29,492 nt of DNA from Desulfurococcaceae archaeon (lineage in GTDB: Archaea; Thermoproteota; Thermoprotei_A; Sulfolobales; Desulfurococcaceae): NCBI GenBank assembly GCA_038816475.1, contig JAWBAI010000012.1, positions 1 through 29,492 on the forward strand, written 5' to 3'. The notes under the pieces are model-generated. The model was not told the origin of the DNA. It worked only from the letters and a program-made list of their open reading frames with translations, and searched no databases. Positions 7,954 through 16,611 of the stretch are shown piece after piece. The first letter of the stretch is position 1; every line of letters begins with the position of its first letter. A program made the position numbers and the translations under genes.

Positions 7954-8676
7954 CTACTCCACGTTAACACTAGTAATAGCCCTTAGTACGGCTGGTGCAA
8001 CCTCTCTAACATGTACCTCGAGTTCGGGTGCCAAAGCGAAGCCTGTTTGCTTAACAAGAGAGTTGCTTACGATTAGTACGGAGGCTACTTTGACTTTCTT
8101 AATTAAACCAATTGCAAGCAAGGGCGCAGTCTCCATGTCTACGGCTATAACGCCCCTACTAGTCCACTTCTCAACAAACCCAGGCTCGGTGTAGAACGCA
8201 TCACAGCTTACAACAGGCGCTAGCACGTACCTCTTATTAATTCTACGTACTTCAGAAACGATGTTCTCAAGTAGCTGGTAGTCAGGGACAGCAACTTGAC
8301 ACACAGGTTCTCCAAGATACTGCTGAAATATACCACCAGAGTAGTACGATGCTCCAGTTGGAATAACGATATCACCTATGTCCAGCTCTGGTATCATAGC
8401 ACCACATGTACCAAGCCTAACTACGACCTTAGCCCCTAGCATAATAAGTTCTTCCAGAACTAGTACGGCAGAAGCTGATCCTATTCCGTGGACAGCCACT
8501 GTAATCGGCACTCCGCGGTACAGACCAGTGTATACATAATAGCCTCTTACATCGCTAACCATTCTCGCTTCGTCGAGAAGAGTTGAGAGCAGTACTACTC
8601 TGGCGGGATCACCTGCAATTACTACACGCTTAGCTATCTCTCCGCGTTGTGCTCTTACGTGAATAGGCTGAGTCAA
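7954..8676 (-). CDS. deoD: Purine nucleoside phosphorylase (hexameric DeoD/MTAP-I type)
   Basis: Motifs GDPAR, VRGYYVYTG, HGIG, EELIMLG, RLGTCG, SCDAFY, VDMETA and IVSN. Confidence 0.85.
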   Translation of the reverse strand: MTQPIHVRAQRGEIAKRVVIAGDPARVVLLSTLLDEARMVSDVRGYYVYTGLYRGVPITVAVHGIGSASAVLVLEELIMLGAKVVVRLGTCGAMIPELDIGDIVIPTGASYYSGGIFQQYLGEPVCQVAVPDYQLLENIVSEVRRINKRYVLAPVVSCDAFYTEPGFVEKWTSRGVIAVDMETAPLLAIGLIKKVKVASVLIVSNSLVKQTGFALAPELEVHVREVAPAVLRAITSVNVE

Positions 8677-8688
8677 CTACACATACAC

Positions 8689-10431
8689 CTAGCTTCCAGC
8701 ATCTTTGACTAGCTTAGTTAGAAATTCAGCTACCTCACTGGTCTTAACAACTCCGCTGAGTCCTAGCTTCTTAGCTAGTAGTGTAGATTGTAGAGGTGTA
8801 AACCCGTGTTCCACTAACCAGTCTACGTCGCTCAGCACTTTGTGAACAGTGTCATCTCGTACGACCTCACCATTAGCCAACACTACTACACGGTCGGCTA
8901 CCTCGCTTATTAACTGCAGATCGTGTGCAACAAGTACCACAGTACCCCCATGTTCTGTCAGTTTCTTTAGAACCAGTAGTAACTGTAAGCTACGCTTGTA
9001 GTCTAAGCCGGAGAACGGCTCGTCAAGGATCACCACTCTAGGTTTCAATGCTAGAACGCTTGCTATAGCTAACCTATGCTTTTCACCAAAGCTGAGCAAG
9101 TGAGGCGACATGTGTAAAGGCTTATGAAGGTCTACGGCCTCAAGAGCTTCTCTTATTCTAGCTTCTATCTCGGCCCTGGATAATCCAAGCTTTCTAAGTG
9201 CAAAACTCATCTCATCGTATATGGTACTAGCGAACAACTGTGCTTCGGGATTTTGAAAAACCATACCCACGTACTTTGCTAAAGTAGAAACAGGTGTTTT
9301 ACGAGTGTCTAAACCAAGTACTTTAACGTAGCCCTTTACAGGTTTGAGAAGACCTATGAAGTGCTTCACGAGCGTTGTTTTACCTACACCACTATGACCT
9401 ATGATCGCAACGAACTCTCCTCTTCTAATCTCTAGGTTTACGCCACGCAAAACCCACGGAAGATCCCTGCCGTATCTGAACCACAGGTCTTTGACCTCTA
9501 TTACAACCTCCTTCTCTGTCGTACTTTTAACATCACCTCGCGCTGGATGGGCATGGCTTTCAGGTGGTTTCAGCTTAACACGTTGTTCTAGGAATAGTAG
9601 GGCGTCTTTAAACGTTACTGGTACTCGGTTAACCAATTGAGGCACTGCATCGGATAACTTGTAGAAGATTTCGCTAACCTGTGGAGGCCTAACACCAGTT
9701 TTCAAAATTAGGTTCTTGTTGTCAAAGACTTCGTCCGGCCTTCCCTCAGCTATCACTTTTCCATCCTCCATTATTACAACCTTGTCAGCGTGTTCAGCAA
9801 CCCACTCGATCCTGTGCTCTACTATGACCAGCGTCATACTGGTTTCTCTCTTAATGCTCTCAATTAACTCCAGGATTCTCCTAGTACCCGGGTGATCCAG
9901 CATTGATGTAGGTTCATCCAGTATTAATACCTTAGGTCTTAGAGCCAGAACGGATGCTATTGCTAGTACTTGCTTTTCACCAGGGGATAACGAATGCGGT
10001 GATTCATGCATTTTATGTGCTAGTCCGGTTAGCTCTAGAACTTCCCTTACTCTTCTATCAATCTCCTGAGGACTCAAACCTAGGTTTTCTAAGCCGAACG
10101 CAACCTCCTCTATCACGCTTGGCATTATCACCTGTATTTCTGGGTTCTGGAATACGAATCCCACGAGTCTCGTTAACTCCTCTGGCTTAGAATTCAGCAC
10201 ATCTAATCCAGCTATGCTTACGTAGCCTTTAACGAAGCCTCTTATTATTCGTGGCGCCATTCCAGCTAATACGTAAAGCAAGGTTGACTTACCGCATCCC
10301 GATGGTCCCATTATAACCAGTGTTTCTCCCTCCCGAACACTGAACGAAATATTCTTTAAAACCCAGTCATCAGACCCTACGTACTTAAACCAGAGGTTTT
10401 CTACCTTCACAGCGTAGGTCAAGATCAGCAC
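8689..10431 (-). CDS. ECF transporter ATPase with two fused ABC domains (EcfA-A')
   Basis: Two Walker A motifs (GPSGCGKS, GHSGVGKT), two GxVFQNPE Q-loops, signatures LSPGEKQ and LSFGEKH, Walker B LDEP twice. Confidence 0.92.
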   Translation of the reverse strand: MLILTYAVKVENLWFKYVGSDDWVLKNISFSVREGETLVIMGPSGCGKSTLLYVLAGMAPRIIRGFVKGYVSIAGLDVLNSKPEELTRLVGFVFQNPEIQVIMPSVIEEVAFGLENLGLSPQEIDRRVREVLELTGLAHKMHESPHSLSPGEKQVLAIASVLALRPKVLILDEPTSMLDHPGTRRILELIESIKRETSMTLVIVEHRIEWVAEHADKVVIMEDGKVIAEGRPDEVFDNKNLILKTGVRPPQVSEIFYKLSDAVPQLVNRVPVTFKDALLFLEQRVKLKPPESHAHPARGDVKSTTEKEVVIEVKDLWFRYGRDLPWVLRGVNLEIRRGEFVAIIGHSGVGKTTLVKHFIGLLKPVKGYVKVLGLDTRKTPVSTLAKYVGMVFQNPEAQLFASTIYDEMSFALRKLGLSRAEIEARIREALEAVDLHKPLHMSPHLLSFGEKHRLAIASVLALKPRVVILDEPFSGLDYKRSLQLLLVLKKLTEHGGTVVLVAHDLQLISEVADRVVVLANGEVVRDDTVHKVLSDVDWLVEHGFTPLQSTLLAKKLGLSGVVKTSEVAEFLTKLVKDAGS

Positions 10432-10434
10432 CCA

Positions 10435-11253
10435 TCAACCAAAAGCTTTAACTAAGTAGTAGTACGTGGAGAAACCAGAAAGCTTTAGTACTATGAGTGT
10501 TAAGTATGATGGAATGAGAATTAGTAAAGCTATGGTATCACGCCTACTCCACTTTAAGGGAAAGTAGAATGTTCTCTTAGTGCTAGCACCAAAGCCTCTT
10601 ACGTTTAGTACTATGCTTAGATCCCACGTGTAGCTGAGCATTCTGATTATAACGGGAACAAATATAGGTATTGTGTAAATGATTCTCTTAACAGGGTTTT
10701 TAGAGTCAACAGGTATTCCACGTGCTCTCTGCACATCCATAACGTTCTTAAACTCTGTTAGCGTGTAGGGCAGCAGTCCAAATGCAAGAATGAACATGAA
10801 GCCAAATTTGTAGGGTAGCTTCATTTTTGTGAAGACCTGAACTATATCGTACATTTTAGTAGTTGTTACTACGAGTAGAAAAGCTGTGATTGGGTTAACT
10901 ATGAGGAAGAACTTACCTAAGCCCACGAGCAAACCTACATCGGTTATTCTGATATTCGCAAGTGGGAAAGTCCACAGGTATCTACCAACATCCTGAAACA
11001 TTGATGCCCAAACCATTATCGTTACAATGAAGAAAACTATACTGTAACCTATAATCAGGATAGCTCTCTTAACGGAGATCTTCGCTAGCACTAAACCGAT
11101 TATTAGAGACAAATATACAAAGATTGAAACAGATCCATCCCACTGTGATACTATAGATGCGGCAAAAGCTAGGATGAACCAGATTAGCTTTGTTCTAGCG
11201 TCAAGCTTATGTATAATACTGCTCTTAGGTAAGTATAACCCTGTAAAAGCCAT
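10435..11253 (-). CDS. ecfT: ECF transporter transmembrane component EcfT
   Basis: N-terminal HKLDARTKL, LVVTTT and the two Arg motifs ARG and VRGF. Confidence 0.9.
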   Translation of the reverse strand: MAFTGLYLPKSSIIHKLDARTKLIWFILAFAASIVSQWDGSVSIFVYLSLIIGLVLAKISVKRAILIIGYSIVFFIVTIMVWASMFQDVGRYLWTFPLANIRITDVGLLVGLGKFFLIVNPITAFLLVVTTTKMYDIVQVFTKMKLPYKFGFMFILAFGLLPYTLTEFKNVMDVQRARGIPVDSKNPVKRIIYTIPIFVPVIIRMLSYTWDLSIVLNVRGFGASTKRTFYFPLKWSRRDTIALLILIPSYLTLIVLKLSGFSTYYYLVKAFG

Positions 11254-11268
11254 CGGTTAACCACCGCT

Positions 11269-12579
11269 TTACTTTGCTTCAGCTAAAATCCTCTCGCGAA
11301 TACTGGTTACACCCTTATACACATCCTCAATGTTAATAGCAGTTACAGTGCCTTTATCAACTAGTTTTTTACCATCAACGTAAACCGAGTAAACGTCTCT
11401 ACAGTCAAGATTGTATACTACAGTATAGTACGGATCATCGTATAGTCCAATAGACCTACTTAAGCTTGGCTTCAGGACAACTACATCAGCACGCTTACCA
11501 GGTTCCAGTGATCCAACCTTGCTATCTAAGCCAAGACCTATTGCTGCATGGCGAGTTACCATTTCGAGAACGTCTTGTGGTGTTAATCTATGGGGAGTTT
11601 TGTAGAAATTAGACTGCGCTGCAACAGCGAGTTTCATTTCCTTGAACAAGCAGAGATCACCACTGGTAACAGGTCCATCTGTGGCAAGGGAAACTGGAAC
11701 TTCGTGTTTGAGAAGTTCATACACTCTTGCTATGCTCTGACCCCAGCTCATTATCGTGAATGGTGAGTATGCTATTGAAGGCTTATACCTAGCTATAAGC
11801 CCAACATCGTTGTCGGTGAGATAAGTTGCATGAGCTAATAGTGGTTTCGTTCTCAGTAGACCTATCCTCTCGGCTAGCTCCGCTGGAGTAGTGCCAAACT
11901 GTTTCCTCACGTAATCTACTTCGTGTAGAGACTCGGAGAAGTGCATGTGTATCCTTAAACCAACGTTATCAGAAACCTCTACAGACTCTTTCACGGTTTC
12001 AATACTACAGGAGTACAGTGCATGCACACCGATCATCGTTGTGATCCTTCCGTTAGCTCTGTTCATGAACCTAATTGCGAAATCTACAGAATCCTTAAGA
12101 CTATGTTTAGGAGCATAGTCACTAAATTCTACAACGCTCTTGGCGAGAACAGCTCTAACCCCGATTTCCTCTACAGCTTTCGCTACTTCCTCTTCGTAGA
12201 AGTAGTGATCAGAGAACGTTGTAATTCCATTCTCAAGCATTAAAGCTATAGCTATTCTAGTTGAAATGTAAATATCGCTCGGCTTCAGCAGGCTCTCCAA
12301 ATACCATATTTTTCTTAACCACTCGAACCCCGTTAACCCGGATACAAGACCCTGTAGGACGATCATAGGAGCATGCGTGTGAGTGTTTATTAAACCGGGT
12401 AGTACTACGTAGTACTTGCCACCTTCCATGAATTCACATTCATGCTTCCAGGCGTTCTCGTTGCGATCAACAGCTAGGATCTCTCCGCTGGAGTCATCGA
12501 ACACGACTATTCCACTTGGAAAAATATCGTTCCTTTTATTCATCGTTAGTATTAAGCCTTTAACGCAGTAAATAGTCAT
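11269..12579 (-). CDS. Metal-dependent amidohydrolase, MTA/SAH (nucleoside) deaminase family
   Basis: Motifs PGLINTHTH, WL...LE, GVHALYS, HMHFSES, LAHA, ATDG and GSLEPGKRAD; lies in an operon with a nucleoside phosphorylase. Confidence 0.82.
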   Translation of the reverse strand: MTIYCVKGLILTMNKRNDIFPSGIVVFDDSSGEILAVDRNENAWKHECEFMEGGKYYVVLPGLINTHTHAPMIVLQGLVSGLTGFEWLRKIWYLESLLKPSDIYISTRIAIALMLENGITTFSDHYFYEEEVAKAVEEIGVRAVLAKSVVEFSDYAPKHSLKDSVDFAIRFMNRANGRITTMIGVHALYSCSIETVKESVEVSDNVGLRIHMHFSESLHEVDYVRKQFGTTPAELAERIGLLRTKPLLAHATYLTDNDVGLIARYKPSIAYSPFTIMSWGQSIARVYELLKHEVPVSLATDGPVTSGDLCLFKEMKLAVAAQSNFYKTPHRLTPQDVLEMVTRHAAIGLGLDSKVGSLEPGKRADVVVLKPSLSRSIGLYDDPYYTVVYNLDCRDVYSVYVDGKKLVDKGTVTAINIEDVYKGVTSIRERILAEAK

Positions 12580-12637
12580 GGTTTAATCCCTGAAGAAAAG
12601 GAAGGAGGTTTATGTAAAAACCATGTAATTTAGGTCC

Positions 12638-13486
12638 TTAGGCTTTGAATTCTATTCTGTCAGCCCAGTATAGTCCACGTGCTTTTATTGGTGGATACAG
12701 TATGTAACCCAGTATGGGCGTCAATATAGCTGTTATGAACGCGTTATTGAATATAACGAACGGTGCAAACCACCCCCAAACAAGTGGTCTTGGCAAGCCT
12801 ATTACGGGTTCTAGTGCATCGAGCCACCAGGATATGTAGATTGAGCACCAAACGCTCGAGATTAGTACGCCCCATATGTAGAACTCTATAATGCTCCTAG
12901 GTGTTCTGAACGTATGGTCCTTCATAAGCTTGTATGGTACATAGGCTATGATGAAGTTTCCAATAAACCCTCCAATGCTACCAACACTTAAGTACCCGGC
13001 TAAAGCGTCGGCTATGAAGTTACCTATGGCTGTACCCAGAGCACCTGGAATCCCAAAGAGTATTCCGAAGAGTGGTGCGAGAGCGTTTGCTGGTCTAACC
13101 CACGTGAAGCCGGGTATTATTGGTATTCCACCAGTTGCAGCTAACGCTCCTCCGTAAACAGCTGCACAGAGAGCTGTAACAGAGATATCCACGGCATCCC
13201 ATCTGAGAATCTGCTTCACTAGTCTCCAGCGCTTAATCGTTACACCAATGAGTTCCATGAAGAACAGCACTGTTCCTACAATCCAGACAACAGCTCCTAC
13301 AGCGAACCAGAAGTCTCTGCCTAGTCTTACGAACGGCTGAGTTATCAACCACTCGCCTGGTTTATCCAGCCCTTTGCTTAGTATATCTACTCCGATGTAC
13401 AGGAAGAACGCTATGAACAGAACTGCAATTATTATTGAAATACCCCAGAGAGCTGGGCCAACTTCCTTCGACTTCACGGTAATCAC
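12638..13486 (-). CDS. ECF substrate-binding S component with an N-terminal membrane extension
   Basis: The C-terminal ~190 aa show the S-component pattern (ALCAAVYG, RPANALAPLFGILFG, GTAIGNFIAD, GFIGNF). It is in an operon with EcfT and EcfA. Confidence 0.75.
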   Translation of the reverse strand: MITVKSKEVGPALWGISIIIAVLFIAFFLYIGVDILSKGLDKPGEWLITQPFVRLGRDFWFAVGAVVWIVGTVLFFMELIGVTIKRWRLVKQILRWDAVDISVTALCAAVYGGALAATGGIPIIPGFTWVRPANALAPLFGILFGIPGALGTAIGNFIADALAGYLSVGSIGGFIGNFIIAYVPYKLMKDHTFRTPRSIIEFYIWGVLISSVWCSIYISWWLDALEPVIGLPRPLVWGWFAPFVIFNNAFITAILTPILGYILYPPIKARGLYWADRIEFKA

Positions 13487-13767
13487 CTAGCCTGAGGTTT
13501 TTTGGCTTTTTTCAAGTACTGTAGTGCAGCGAGGGATCCAACGACTAGTATCAATATACCAATAAGGTTATTGGCTATGTGCGGTTTTCCGTAAATACCA
13601 GCGTATGATAAACCATAGTAGAGCGCCATTGTGAACAACCATAGTGCCCCGAGGAGAATCAGTAAACCAGCACCGCGTATTTTAACTATGTATAGTACAA
13701 ACCCTATTACGAGGATTACTACGCCCATGATAGTTAATGCTAAAAACTGATCCATCGTAGCGCTCAC
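13483..13767 (-). CDS. Small hypothetical membrane protein (3 TM), first gene of the ECF operon
   Basis: 94 aa with three hydrophobic stretches and a basic tail; 4-nt GTGA overlap with the next gene. Confidence 0.7.
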   Translation of the reverse strand: MSATMDQFLALTIMGVVILVIGFVLYIVKIRGAGLLILLGALWLFTMALYYGLSYAGIYGKPHIANNLIGILILVVGSLAALQYLKKAKKPQAR

Positions 13768-13792
13768 CCGGGGGATGGTATTAGTGATACGT

Positions 13793-13810
13793 GAAGGGGT
13801 TAAAATAGTT
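13793..13810. repeat. 18-bp direct repeat, copy 2 (GAAGGGGTTAAAATAGTT), overlapping the probable minus-strand TATA box of the ECF operon
   Basis: Reads AACTATTTTAACCCCTTC on the minus strand, 26-43 nt upstream of GTG 13767. Confidence 0.65.
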
Positions 13811-13992
13811 TAGCAGAGGCATCATTGCATATTAGGCTTTGCTCCAGAGATCGACTTGTAGCAGTCAACGCTGAATCTTTAAGTTCCCCACAGTAAACAT
13901 GTGATAGGAATCAATAGAACGCTCTAACACCTACTTTTCGGTTACACATTTGCTTATTACTTGCGCACACATATATGTACTTGGTGATCTAC

Positions 13993-15264
13993 GTGAAGAA
14001 CATTGTTATTGTCCCCTTCGCGTCCAGGCTTCACGGAGAGCACTACTACCTACACGTATTGGACGTTGTTAGGAAACATCTTGAGAGAGTAGGAGTAAGC
14101 CTAGAGTACTCTTCAGTTGTCACATCAGAGGAGGAAGCTAAGGCTCTTGCAAGGAAATACGTGGACTATCTACCAGTATTCGTTGCTTTAACCGGTGGTA
14201 CCAGTAAGTTGATGCATAGCTTTGCGTTAGCAGCTAACTACAATAGGGTTATCGTACTAGCTCACGGTGAGCACAACAGTTTACCATCAGCTGTATCAGC
14301 TAGGTCCAAGCTGGACATGGAAGGTGTATGGACATGGCTGTTTCACTGCGGAGAAGTTGAGTCCACCGAGTGTTTTCTAAGAGTACAGCAGATGATTACC
14401 GTTGCAAAGGCTGTAGCCTCGCTACTTGGTTCCAGGGTTCTCCTCGTGGGACCCTACACGGAGAAGCCTGAATTAGCTGAGGACTTCGAGTCGCGCTTCG
14501 AGTCTAGAGTAGACGTGTTGTCGCTGGAAGAGTTCGAATCCGAACTGGAGAGAGCAAGGAAGGACTACGTAGAGCACTTCGTGAGTGTGTTCAGCGAAAC
14601 CGAGCCTAGTATCCCGGCTGAAAAACTCGCAGAAATAGGTAAAGTGTACGCTGTGCTCAGGTCTTTAGCCGAGACCAGAGGCTACGAGGGTATAGCAATG
14701 GACTGCTTTCCCTACCTGATCAAGCACCGTTTAACACCCTGCTTAGCACTCGCACTGCTGAATAGCGAAGGCGTAGTTACGGCTTGCGAAGGGGACTTGA
14801 TCAGCCTTGCGTTGATGCTGATATCGAAGGCTCTCACAGGCTACACCGGTTGGATTGCAAACGCCTCCAGGTTCGAGGGTACGAGAGCGTACTATGCACA
14901 CTGTACTGTGGCATTGAACATGACTAGGAAGTTCAGGATCACATCTCACTTTGAATCGGGATACCCGCACGCTCTAGCTGGTGAGCTAGCACCTGGCGTG
15001 TACACAGCTGTTTCCATGAGCCCCGACTTCTCAGTAATACTAGCTGGTACAGGTCGTTTACTAGCGAGCGGTTTAATGTATCAAACAATGTGCAGAACGC
15101 AGCTTATACTAGATCTTGATGTAAACGCGGAGAAAATACCACTAGTTGCTGTTTCAAATCACCATGTTCTAGTACCAGGGGATGTGAGAAAAGAGCTTCA
15201 TGCCATCGCTTCTCTTCTCGGATTAGACTACGCCGAGTACAAAGAGCTTACCGGAGCAGTATAG
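13993..15264 (+). CDS. L-fucose/L-arabinose isomerase-like protein
   Basis: Motifs LTGGTS, NSLPSA, AMDCF, PCLALALLN, CEGD, AHCT, HFESG, CRTQ and NHHVLVPGD. GGTGA at 13983 supports GTG 13993 as the start. Confidence 0.75.
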   Translation: MKNIVIVPFASRLHGEHYYLHVLDVVRKHLERVGVSLEYSSVVTSEEEAKALARKYVDYLPVFVALTGGTSKLMHSFALAANYNRVIVLAHGEHNSLPSAVSARSKLDMEGVWTWLFHCGEVESTECFLRVQQMITVAKAVASLLGSRVLLVGPYTEKPELAEDFESRFESRVDVLSLEEFESELERARKDYVEHFVSVFSETEPSIPAEKLAEIGKVYAVLRSLAETRGYEGIAMDCFPYLIKHRLTPCLALALLNSEGVVTACEGDLISLALMLISKALTGYTGWIANASRFEGTRAYYAHCTVALNMTRKFRITSHFESGYPHALAGELAPGVYTAVSMSPDFSVILAGTGRLLASGLMYQTMCRTQLILDLDVNAEKIPLVAVSNHHVLVPGDVRKELHAIASLLGLDYAEYKELTGAV

Positions 15265-15399
15265 TACTGAGATGCTAGCAGATCGGAAGCAGTCTCCCGA
15301 AGAAAAACTGAAGACATCTGGTTTTACTTCATCTCATCCCTGAGTATCCGAGTCATGGATCTTTAGAGCTTTTACTCGTAGAGTTATCAATGGGGCTTT

Positions 15400-16611
15400 C
15401 TATTCGTATTTCAACGCTACTGCTGGAGGTATCTTCATCGCTTTATAAGCTGGGAACAATGCTCCGAGAACACCAACGCTCAGTGTCATAGCCGCGCTTC
15501 TAGCGAAGAGCTCAGCTGTGAACTTTGGTCCTGCGCGGATTTCCCAGATCTCCCCGATTCTTAAGCTAGCTCCACTCTCAGCAATTACTATTGAACCGGT
15601 AACTCCAAGTGCAACACCTATCGCGTAGCCTATTAAGCTCATGATCACCCCTTCGAAGAGTATTAGTAGTAGCACTTGTTTGTCGTTGAATCCAATAGCT
15701 TTAAGAACTCCGATCTCCCTGGTTCTCTCCATTACACTGGTGATCATGGATGCTGCAACTCCTGCTACAGCTACTGCGAATGCTGATGTGGTAGCAGCGA
15801 AGGTGACGAAGTCTACGGCGGCTACCACGTCGGAAACTGTTCTGGCTATGGCTACGAAGGATATAACGTTAACGTTGTTTCCGTAGGTTCTAGCGATTTC
15901 TCTTGAAACAGCATCTACAACATCAGGTGATGAAACCAGAACCAGAATACCACTCCATTCTCTAACACCCAGAGCTCTCTCAAGTGTTTCAAGAGGTACG
16001 AACAAGCTTTCATCGGGGTTCAAGAAAACAGCGCCTCCGAACTTGTCCAGAACTCCGGCTACTACAACGTTCAATCTTCTAACCTCTACCCTACCTCTTT
16101 CTCGAACAACGTAAGTGGTTACTGAGAGAACGTCGCCTAGTTCATAGTTTCTGCTTCCACCACCTTCGTACACGATGCTGTAGCCTGCGAGTGCTTTACC
16201 GTGATCAGTGGGTGCTGGAGCGTAGCCTTCGATCACCTTCAGATTAGTAATAGCTTTCAGTATGAACTCGGGGTTTACCCCGTAGATGTAAACGCTTCTG
16301 CGTTCACCATGTATAGTTACTTCTCCGGTAGTGGAGTAGAATGGTTCAACACTAACCACGTTTGGTATACTAGAAATGTAGTTTACGTCATCGTGAGTTA
16401 ACCTGTAACCAGGTCTTGGTGTTACAACTATGATGTTTTGACCTAGACCCGTGATGGATGAGATTATGTACTCGCTGTAACCAGTTAGTATACTGCCGAT
16501 CATCAGTAGAACCATGGGACCAATCGCTATACCTATAATTGTCAGTGTTGCACGTATCTTTCTTTCGGTTAAAGCCTTAGCACCAAGTCTTATTACGTCG
16601 TCTAGTCTCAT
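15400..16611 (-). CDS. MacB/FtsX-type ABC permease
   Basis: RATLTIIGIAIG, a large extracellular loop, SVMERTREIGVLKAIG and PAYKAMKIPPAVALKYE. Confidence 0.92.
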   Translation of the reverse strand: MRLDDVIRLGAKALTERKIRATLTIIGIAIGPMVLLMIGSILTGYSEYIISSITGLGQNIIVVTPRPGYRLTHDDVNYISSIPNVVSVEPFYSTTGEVTIHGERRSVYIYGVNPEFILKAITNLKVIEGYAPAPTDHGKALAGYSIVYEGGGSRNYELGDVLSVTTYVVRERGRVEVRRLNVVVAGVLDKFGGAVFLNPDESLFVPLETLERALGVREWSGILVLVSSPDVVDAVSREIARTYGNNVNVISFVAIARTVSDVVAAVDFVTFAATTSAFAVAVAGVAASMITSVMERTREIGVLKAIGFNDKQVLLLILFEGVIMSLIGYAIGVALGVTGSIVIAESGASLRIGEIWEIRAGPKFTAELFARSAAMTLSVGVLGALFPAYKAMKIPPAVALKYE

